Below are positions 9,696 to 16,440 of a stretch of DNA of 41,779 nucleotides, piece after piece. Each line of letters opens with the position of its first letter. Position 1 is the first letter of the stretch. The stretch comes from Dehalococcoidia bacterium (GTDB taxonomy: Bacteria; Chloroflexota; Dehalococcoidia; DSTF01; RBG-16-68-14), in the NCBI GenBank assembly GCA_044870035.1, contig JBIOYF010000050.1, forward strand, positions 1 through 41,779. Reading direction: 5' to 3'. A program made the position numbers and the translations under genes. The notes under the pieces are model-generated. The model searched no databases, was not told where the DNA came from, and was given only the letters and a program-made list of their open reading frames with translations.

Positions 9696-10019
9696 TTAAG
9701 CGCCGTCTTGCGGACGCATTCTTAGTGAAATGAACACGAGCGCCGCACCACCGAGGGCGAGCGCCGCGCCGGCGAGCTTGGGCCAGGGTGTTGCGCCTGG
9801 TCCCGCGGTGCCGGCGACCGGCAGTTGCGACTCGCGTGGTTGTCTAGCGACGCCGGAGCCGAGCTCCGAGAAGAACGTGGCTGTCGGCGAGGGAACCGGC
9901 GCGATCGCCGAGACCTGACTGATGCTCGGCGAAGCCGGGTGGGCGCACAGCCACCCGCCGCCAAACAGCAGCACGACCGCAAGAACAGCGGGAGTCAGCC
10001 GAACGAAGAGCGTACGCAT
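9696..10019 (-). CDS. Small secreted protein with a sortase-like C-terminal sorting signal
   Basis: I chose the internal ATG at 10019 of ORF 9696-10373. It gives MRTLFVRLTPAVLAVVLLFGGGWLCA (signal peptide), then LPVAGTAGPG, a hydrophobic stretch AGAALALGGAALVFISL, then RMRPQ. The 118 upstream codons look non-coding (Gly/Pro/Arg-rich). The SD is weak. Confidence 0.45.
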   Translation of the reverse strand: MRTLFVRLTPAVLAVVLLFGGGWLCAHPASPSISQVSAIAPVPSPTATFFSELGSGVARQPRESQLPVAGTAGPGATPWPKLAGAALALGGAALVFISLRMRPQDGA

Positions 10020-10569
10020 GGCCGGGACTCGAGCGCCCGTTCTCAGCAGGAACGCGACGCTTGGACAACCTCCGATTCTTGTCCTCTTCGGCAGCTCGGC
10101 CGCCCTTCCGAGGAAGGACCCGGAGCTTTGCGTCCCCGCCTCAGGTGGGGAGGCCTTTCGGCCTGGTCCTTCGCTGGAAGGACCTGCCCTTTCGGAGGTG
10201 TTTGCGATTGTGAAGGGTGGGGCCAGGGGACGCCTGCCAGGCCCCGCCTCCTGTTCGTGCGTCCCCTGGGCCCGTAGCCCGATCTCGCAGCCGGCCCGAG
10301 GGCAGGCTGTTGGACCGCTGAGCACCGGGGCGGCCAGCGCCCCGTTTGCTGCGCCGGCTGGCTTCCAGCTCACCGGCGGAGACTCGGTCGTTCGTTAGGC
10401 GTCCTTGCCCTGAACGGAACGGTCGCTCGTCCGATACTACCTGTGGGTGTTGATCCGACAGTCACACCAGCACATGGTGGCTGAGTCGCGGGCCAGATTG
10501 AAGCACACACGCGAACATAATGTCAAGTCGGACGCATCGTTCATAGGATAAACGGGAGGTTCTCCGGCC

Positions 10570-12507
10570 ATGTTACAGCGACACGGCAGCTCTCCTCGCG
10601 GACTGAGATTTGCCGCGCTGGCGGCGATCGGTCTGTTGCTGTTTTTAGCAACAGGAGCGTTCGCGCAGACTGCCCAACTCAGCGTCAGCATCGATGGCTT
10701 TAGCGCTCAGGACTGGTCTAGCGCGCAGACCATCGTCACCGTACTCGACGGGGACGGGCGTCCCGTTTCCGGTCTTACGCGCGAGAGCTTCCGCGCGCAG
10801 GTGAACGGCTCCGACGCGTCCGTTACGTCCGTTTCCCGCGGGGTCGACAGTAACGTGCCGATCGCCGTGGTGCTCGCCCTCGACGTGAGCGGCGCGATGC
10901 AGGGCCCACCTCTCGATCAGGCGAAGCTCGCCCTGCACGGCTTCCTTGAGGGCCTGAGCCCGAACGACACGGTTGCCGTGGTGACGTTCGGTGACAGCGT
11001 CACTGTCGTTCAGCCGCTCACCCAAGATCGGACGTCGGCCGGCGCGGCAATCGATGCGCTGGTGGCGGGCGGCGGCAGCGCGCTCTACGAAGGGACGACG
11101 AAGGGTGTTCTCCAGGCGGCAGCCAGCGCCAATACCGGGCGACGCGCCATCGTCTTGCTCAGCGCCAGCGCCGATGGCGGCACCGCCGGCTCGCGGCAGC
11201 AGTCGCTGGTGGCCGCTCAAGGGCTGGGCGTGCCGGCGTATGTGATCGGTCTAGGCAGCGGCGTGGACCTGGCGTACCTGCGCGAGCTGACTGAGGCGGG
11301 TGGTGGCCGCCTGATGCAAACAGCTACGCCGGAAGGGCTGCCACAGCTCTATCAGAACGTCGGCGAACTGATCCGCGATCAGTACGTCTTGACCGTCGAC
11401 GCGTCAGCGCTGGGGCTCAGCATCACCGACGCGACGACGTTGCACGTGTCCGTCGCCAGCGGTGAGGCCTCGGGCGGCGCCGATCGCGTCATTTGCCCAA
11501 GCAAAGTCTGCGCCAGCTTCCACCAGCTACAGACCGGCGCGCGCCTTCAGGAAGGTCAGACGGTGGTTGCGGACGTCGTGTCGGCTGAGACGGTCGAATC
11601 AGTGAGCCTGCTTGTCGATGGTGTGGCGGTCCAGACGGCAAACGCCAGCCCGTACGAGTTCGCGATTGACGCGGAGTGGTTCAAGGCAGGCGATCATACG
11701 ATCGCGCTGTCGGTCAAGACGGCTGCGGGCGAGACGAAGCTGGGCGAGTTGACCGTGCAGTACGCGGCTGCATCGAGCGGCGGGGGCGTCAGCCTGTTCG
11801 CCATGGCAGCGGTTGCGTTCGTGATGGTGGCCGTGCTGCTCGGACTGTTCTTCGTCTGGCGAGGACGGCGGGGCCGCGGCCGCGAGGCGCCCGAGCCAAG
11901 GCCGGACGAGCCCACGCCTGAACCGACGGTGCCGATGCCCGTGCAGATCTCGATGTCGAAATCGAAAAAGCGCCGGGCGCAGCTTGATGACGGTGCTCCG
12001 GCTCCGCCGCCGGTCGATGCGGAACCAGCTCTCGGCTACCTCCACTCCACCAGCGGGCCGCTGGCGGGACAGACCTTCGCCGTGGGCGCGAAGCCGGTCA
12101 GTATCGGCTCGGGGCACCGTTGCCAGATCCGGCTGCCGCAGGAAATCGATGGCTTCGAAGTCCCAAGCGAGTACGCGCGCTTTTGGATCCGCAAAGATCA
12201 GCTGATGGTGCACGCGATCCGTCGTCTGACCGCGATGGGACCGGCAGGTGGCGAGTGGGAGATCCTGTCGGAGCACGAAACGTTTTCGATTGGGCCGTGC
12301 GTATTTAGGTTTGATCGGGAAGAGCACGTTGCGCCGCCGCCGGCAGCGGTACCGAACGTCTTGCGAGAAAAGCCGTCGACAGCGCCTCCGGGGCCAGTCT
12401 CGACTACGCCGGTGCCGGGCGACCCCATCGCGAACGTACCGGGCAATCTAGCAAGTGGGCCCGGTAGTCTTTCCGCCGACCCGCCCAGGGAGCAAGCCGC
12501 AAGCTAA
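10570..12507 (+). CDS. Secreted vWA-domain / Ig-like / single-TM / cytoplasmic FHA-like domain protein
   Basis: 645 aa with a GGGAGG SD. Domains in order: signal peptide (...LFLATGAFAQ), vWA block PIAVVLALDVSGAMQG...VAVVTFGDS...GGGSALYEG...AIVLLSASADG (aa ~96-270), a beta-rich region, a TM segment VSLFAMAAVAFVMVAVLLGLFFVW followed by RGRRGRGR, a Pro-rich linker, and an FHA-like fold (aa ~488-583) with a degenerate signature. Confidence 0.8.
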   Translation: MLQRHGSSPRGLRFAALAAIGLLLFLATGAFAQTAQLSVSIDGFSAQDWSSAQTIVTVLDGDGRPVSGLTRESFRAQVNGSDASVTSVSRGVDSNVPIAVVLALDVSGAMQGPPLDQAKLALHGFLEGLSPNDTVAVVTFGDSVTVVQPLTQDRTSAGAAIDALVAGGGSALYEGTTKGVLQAAASANTGRRAIVLLSASADGGTAGSRQQSLVAAQGLGVPAYVIGLGSGVDLAYLRELTEAGGGRLMQTATPEGLPQLYQNVGELIRDQYVLTVDASALGLSITDATTLHVSVASGEASGGADRVICPSKVCASFHQLQTGARLQEGQTVVADVVSAETVESVSLLVDGVAVQTANASPYEFAIDAEWFKAGDHTIALSVKTAAGETKLGELTVQYAAASSGGGVSLFAMAAVAFVMVAVLLGLFFVWRGRRGRGREAPEPRPDEPTPEPTVPMPVQISMSKSKKRRAQLDDGAPAPPPVDAEPALGYLHSTSGPLAGQTFAVGAKPVSIGSGHRCQIRLPQEIDGFEVPSEYARFWIRKDQLMVHAIRRLTAMGPAGGEWEILSEHETFSIGPCVFRFDREEHVAPPPAAVPNVLREKPSTAPPGPVSTTPVPGDPIANVPGNLASGPGSLSADPPREQAAS

Positions 12508-12661
12508 TTGCGCTTGCCTCCATTCTGGTTTGGCCGGAACTGGCGCCTTCCGGGGCCTCGCTCTTGCTAACGGCCTACCCCTCTAGCGCGTCTGGCAGGC
12601 TGCCGATCCTATCCAGGGGAGCCTTCGCGCAGACCTGGCTCCGCGCTTCCACTGAACGAAA

Positions 12662-13240
12662 ATGGTAGCCGCCACCTCAGACGTCGACGAACTCACGCTC
12701 GTGCGCCGCGCGATTAGACGCGATGGCGAGGCGTTCGGTGCGCTCTATGACCGGCACGTCGTGCGCGTGTACCGGCACATCTACTACATGGTGGGTAAGC
12801 CGGCGGAGGCGGAGGACCTGACGGCGCAGGCCTTCCTTCAGGCGTGGGAGGCGATCGAGCGCTATCAGATCCGCGGCGCGCCTTTCGTCTCCTGGCTGCT
12901 GCGCATCGCGCACAACCTGGCGGTGAGCCACCTACGCTCTCGCCGCGCCGGCGCTGAGCTGCCGGAGACGCTGGTGGATAGCAGCCGGCAGGGCAACCCC
13001 GAGGAAGAAGTCCAGCGTCTCGCCGAGGGCGACCGCGTCCGGGAGGCGATCCTCAGTCTTCGCGCTGAGCAGCGACAGGTGATCATGCTGCGGTTCGTGG
13101 ATGACCTCGAGTACCGAGAGGTGGCGGAGATCGTCGGGAAGAGCGTGGCGGCCGTGCGCGTCATCCAGCACCGAGCGCTGAACGCGCTGCGCAAGCAGAT
13201 GGGCCGCGACGCCGGCCCGCGCGCCATCTCCCAGGCCTAG
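12662..13240 (+). CDS. ECF-type RNA polymerase sigma-70 family factor
   Basis: 192 aa. Region 2 is YRHIYYMVGKPAEAEDLTAQAFLQAWE...FVSWLLRIAHNLAVSHLRSRR. Region 4 is QRQVIMLRFVDDLEYREVAEIVGKSVAAVRVIQHRALNALRKQM. Confidence 0.85.
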   Translation: MVAATSDVDELTLVRRAIRRDGEAFGALYDRHVVRVYRHIYYMVGKPAEAEDLTAQAFLQAWEAIERYQIRGAPFVSWLLRIAHNLAVSHLRSRRAGAELPETLVDSSRQGNPEEEVQRLAEGDRVREAILSLRAEQRQVIMLRFVDDLEYREVAEIVGKSVAAVRVIQHRALNALRKQMGRDAGPRAISQA

Positions 13241-13256
13241 TTTCGTACCGAAACGG

Positions 13257-14513
13257 CTATGCGGCTCGCGTGAGCGAGGCGGCCGGCGTTTGCTCCGTGA
13301 CGCCCTCGCCCGCGGAGGCGCGGGGCCAGCGAGTGAGCGCAACGGCGTAGGCGGCCAGCAGCGGGAAGATCGTCAGCGAGAGCCCTAGGATCGCCAGGAT
13401 AGGCAACGCGAACATGGCCGTGTACGCGAGGAGGAGCACGTTGGCCGCGCGCATCTGGCGCTCCAGCGAGGCGTTCTCGCCTAGGTACGCCCGAAGGGCG
13501 ATCGCGGCCGGCAGCAGCAGCAGGACCAGGTTTTGGGTGTGGACGTGGGGCGAGACGAGGAGCGGCAGCGCGGCGGCGATCGCGTAAGACTGGTCGAAGT
13601 TCGTCGAGCTGCGCCAGCGCCAGAGTGCGGCGCAGAGCGCGCCTATTGCGATCACTGTGAAGCCCGGTAGCCAGAACCACAGCTCGTTGCTGTTCGTCGC
13701 GCTGACCACGAAGCCGCGCCAGTTGGGCATAACGGACGCGTTGACAGCGAGCGCTGTGTCGGACCCGGGGTAGGAAGCGATGATCTTCACGTTATCGATG
13801 AGCGCATCGGGCGCCGTGAGCAGCGCTGGCAACACGAGCAGCGGTACGCCGGCCCCTGCAAGGGTCGCGAGCGCGCGCCATTCTCGTCGTACCAGCAGGA
13901 GCAGGCCGGCGCCGACCAGCATGTGCGGCTTGAACAGGGCCAGACAGAGGGCGAGTCCGGCAGCGCGTGGCCTGTTCGACCGCAGCAGTAGGTAGCCTGC
14001 CGTCAGACCGGCAAGCGGTAGCAGATCCACCTGACCGAAGACAATCGAGGCCACCGAAGGCATGCCGAACGCCGCGACCGCCAGGAAGACGTTGCGTGGC
14101 AGGGCTGGCACCTCGATCAGATAGCGGCGCAGCGTGGCGAGGATAGCGCCGAGCACGCCCACCATCCCGCCCATGAACAAGAAGAACGATGCCGTGAAGG
14201 GCAGCATGGAGAGCGGGGCGAAGAGCAAGGCGACGAAGACGGGTAGGGGGTAGCCGATGGCTTCGTCGAAGCCGCCCGGGTAGAGGCGGCGCTGCGCCCA
14301 ATTGATCGCTGTTGGGTTGTAGAGGTCGGCCGCTCTGCCGCTGCGCACAAGGAAGCCCGCGGCGTAAAAGGACAGAAAGTCGCCCGTGGCGCCGTAGGCA
14401 TTGGTGGCTATGCGCCAAAGGACGGCGCCATAGATGGCCGCCATCCCAACGGCAGCGAGGAGGGCGGCTGCCCCCAAGACGACGCTGGCTGCGTTCCAGC
14501 TTCGCTCCGTCAC
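13257..14513 (-). CDS. Polytopic membrane glycosyltransferase, GT87 / DUF2029-like (polyprenol-phosphate-sugar dependent family)
   Basis: 418 aa with about 10 or more TM segments. The N-terminal motif GATGDFLSFYAAGFLVRSGRAADLYNP is characteristic of DUF2029/GT87 mannosyltransferase-like proteins. The family call is from memory of that motif. Confidence 0.6.
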   Translation of the reverse strand: MTERSWNAASVVLGAAALLAAVGMAAIYGAVLWRIATNAYGATGDFLSFYAAGFLVRSGRAADLYNPTAINWAQRRLYPGGFDEAIGYPLPVFVALLFAPLSMLPFTASFFLFMGGMVGVLGAILATLRRYLIEVPALPRNVFLAVAAFGMPSVASIVFGQVDLLPLAGLTAGYLLLRSNRPRAAGLALCLALFKPHMLVGAGLLLLVRREWRALATLAGAGVPLLVLPALLTAPDALIDNVKIIASYPGSDTALAVNASVMPNWRGFVVSATNSNELWFWLPGFTVIAIGALCAALWRWRSSTNFDQSYAIAAALPLLVSPHVHTQNLVLLLLPAAIALRAYLGENASLERQMRAANVLLLAYTAMFALPILAILGLSLTIFPLLAAYAVALTRWPRASAGEGVTEQTPAASLTRAA

Positions 14514-14759
14514 GAGGGATGCTTCGGCCTTTCCCTAACCTCCAAGCAGGCGGGTTGTCCCGAATTGGGCGTCTCGCTACGCCTGTGGGAAGACCTTAGG
14601 AAGGATCTCTAAGCAAAGGTTCGTGGGCCACCTAGGTGCATCCCCTTCAGGGCTTCGGCGCTTTGCCGATGATGGATACAGGAACGGAACTAGCGCCCGG
14701 CGAACAAGACGCGCTCAGTTGAGCGATCTGCGTCGGAGCCTGTGGGAAGGAGAACGAGG

Positions 14760-14975
14760 ATGCAACTGCTAAACGAAGCCCTGTTGCGTGTCCTCACCGG
14801 CTGGCAGGGGCTACAGGCTCGCATGTCGGATGAGGAGGGACAGACGCTCGCTGAGTACGGTCTCATCATGGCCGTCATCGCGGTAGCGGTGGTCGTGACA
14901 GCAGTGGTCCTGTTCAGGACGGCGATTATCACCGCCTTCAACAGCGCCACGGCCTGTCTCGACGGAAGCTGCTAG
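14760..14975 (+). CDS. flp: Flp/Fap-family type IVb prepilin, copy 1
   Basis: GGAAGGAG SD with 7 nt to the ATG at 14760 (the ORF track starts at the GTG at 14742). The sequence contains ...DEEG|QTLAEYGLIMAVIAVAVVVTAVVLF, which matches the Flp G/XXXXEY processing motif followed by a hydrophobic helix. An alternative start is the ATG at 14823 (MSDEEG...). The C-terminus is ATACLDGSC. Confidence 0.85.
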   Translation: MQLLNEALLRVLTGWQGLQARMSDEEGQTLAEYGLIMAVIAVAVVVTAVVLFRTAIITAFNSATACLDGSC

Positions 14976-14998
14976 AGCGGCGATCAGTCGAACGTAGA

Positions 14999-15026
14999 GA
15001 TAGGGCCCCGAACTCGGGGCCCTATC
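14999..15026 (+). terminator. Stem-loop after flp copy 1 (12-bp perfect stem, 4-nt loop)
   Basis: GATAGGGCCCCG-aact-CGGGGCCCTATC. A clean U-tract is missing (it is followed by AGTCTATTTCGTT), so it may act as an attenuator or stabiliser rather than a full terminator. Confidence 0.5.
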
Positions 15027-15152
15027 AGTCTATTTCGTTCAGAAACTAGTGGTTTCTACCGATGATCGATACGGGAACCGAGATAGCGCCCGGCGAACAA
15101 GACGCGCTCAGTTGAGCGATCTGCGTCGGAGCCTGTGGGAAGGAGAACGAGG

Positions 15153-15368
15153 ATGCAACTGCTAAACGAAGCTCTGTTGCGTGTCCTCACCGGCTGGCAG
15201 GGGCTACAGGCTCGCATGTCGGATGAGGAGGGACAGACGCTCGCTGAGTACGGTCTCATCATGGCCGTCATCGCGGTAGCGGTGGTCGTGACGGCAGTGG
15301 TCCTGTTCAGGACGGCGATTATCACCGCCTTCAACAGCGCCACGGACTGCCTCGACGGAAGCTGTTAG
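15153..15368 (+). CDS. flp: Flp/Fap-family type IVb prepilin, copy 2
   Basis: Same SD, leader and G/QTLAEY motif as copy 1. It differs by a single residue (ATDCLDGSC versus ATACLDGSC) plus 4 synonymous changes. Confidence 0.85.
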   Translation: MQLLNEALLRVLTGWQGLQARMSDEEGQTLAEYGLIMAVIAVAVVVTAVVLFRTAIITAFNSATDCLDGSC

Positions 15369-15390
15369 GCGCCTGTGCCGATATGCAATG

Positions 15391-15424
15391 CCAGATAGAG
15401 CCCCGAACGCGGGGCTCTATCTGG
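15391..15424 (+). terminator. Stem-loop after flp copy 2 (15-bp perfect stem)
   Basis: CCAGATAGAGCCCCG-aacg-CGGGGCTCTATCTGG, followed by TTCC. It lies between the pilin genes and the assembly genes. Confidence 0.5.
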
Positions 15425-15566
15425 TTCCGCTGACCACTGGCAATTGCGGCCAGCGGTAAAGCTTGACCAAACCTGACCGATACATCTCTAGGTAGGGCGG
15501 CCTATCGGGCCGCGTCCTCCTGACTACGCGAAGGTAAGTCCATTCTGTTCGAAGCGAGGGAATCGC

Positions 15567-16409
15567 ATGGCTCATTCTGCTACCGCCGCCGCCTCTAGTC
15601 GAGTAAACCGCCGCTTTCTCTTCTTGGCGCTCATCCTCGCTGCGCTTAGCGCGGTGCTGGTCTACACCGCCCTCTCCCGATCGGGCGATTCGTCCGGCGG
15701 GGCCGGGGACACGTCGGTGGTGGTTGCGAAGTCGACCATCGCGCCGGGGACGCGTATCTCAAGCAACATGGTTGAGCTGCGTAAGTTCCCGAGCTCCTAC
15801 GTCGGGTTCCAGGCTCTGAGCTCGGTCGATAGTGTCGTCGGACAGGTGGCCCGCTATCCGATTCAGGAGGGAGAGCAGGTGCTGGCCTCCAAGCTCGTCG
15901 ATAGCAGCTCAGCGTCAAGCGACGCGCTGAGCTACATCCTGGAGCCTGGCAAGCGCGGTATGGCGATCACGTTCGACGATATCGTCGGCGCCGGCGGACT
16001 GGCTCTTCCGGGCGACCACGTGGACATTGTCTGGGTGCCGTTCAAGGGCGCGCCGGCCTTTATTCTTCTCAGCGACATCGAGGTGGATGCGGTGGATCAG
16101 ACGATCGTCGATATCGCGCCGTCGGCGCCTGGACTCGTTGAAAACACAACCGACCAGCCGGAAGCGCAGCAGCCGGATAGCCGGACGCGCACGTCCGACG
16201 CGGACCCTCAGCCCGAAGCGGCGTCTACCACGCTGCTGCTCACGCCCGAGCAGACGACAACGGTGCTCTGTGCTGAGCACTACGCCCACAAGTTTGAAGG
16301 CGAGCTGCGGTTGGCCGTGCGCAGCTTCGGCGATACGGCCGTCCTTTCGCCGAACGCGCCGGGCTGCCCGCCGCTGGACTTGATGGCACAGCTCGGCCTC
16401 CAGCTGTAA
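15567..16409 (+). CDS. cpaB: Flp pilus assembly protein CpaB/RcpC (SAF-domain)
   Basis: 280 aa. It has an N-terminal TM anchor (FLFLALILAALSAVLVYTAL), then VVVAKSTIAPGTRISSNMVELRKFPSSYV...RYPIQEGEQVLASKL, typical of CpaB SAF/RcpC domains. Its position directly after flp supports the call. Confidence 0.8.
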   Translation: MAHSATAAASSRVNRRFLFLALILAALSAVLVYTALSRSGDSSGGAGDTSVVVAKSTIAPGTRISSNMVELRKFPSSYVGFQALSSVDSVVGQVARYPIQEGEQVLASKLVDSSSASSDALSYILEPGKRGMAITFDDIVGAGGLALPGDHVDIVWVPFKGAPAFILLSDIEVDAVDQTIVDIAPSAPGLVENTTDQPEAQQPDSRTRTSDADPQPEAASTTLLLTPEQTTTVLCAEHYAHKFEGELRLAVRSFGDTAVLSPNAPGCPPLDLMAQLGLQL

Positions 16410-16440
16410 GGGGCTCCGATAAGAAGAGGGGAAGAGAATC

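Larger units (their letters stand above)
14666..15424 (+). repeat. Tandem direct duplication (period 393 bp) of a whole flp cassette: leader, CDS and terminator-like hairpin
   Basis: 14666-15026 aligns without gaps to 15059-15424 in the leader and CDS. Only 5 substitutions occur in the 216-nt CDS (14780, 14900, 14953, 14957, 14972). The region after the stop codon is diverged, but each copy keeps an analogous hairpin. Confidence 0.9.

Noticed and set aside
10020-10373. N-terminal 118-codon extension of the 225-aa ORF (9696-10373), together with several overlapping ORFs on both strands across 9722-10398.
   Set aside because: The extension is Gly/Pro/Arg/Ala-rich with no structure-like pattern. 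The internal Met at 10019 begins a clean signal peptide. The overlapping ORFs are mutually exclusive high-GC artefacts.
14666-15424. The possibility that the flp duplication is an assembly artefact or a mobile element.
   Set aside because: The copies differ at defined positions with a 4:1 synonymous excess. The sequences after the stop codons have diverged while keeping compensated hairpins. There are no terminal inverted repeats, transposase or target-site duplication.
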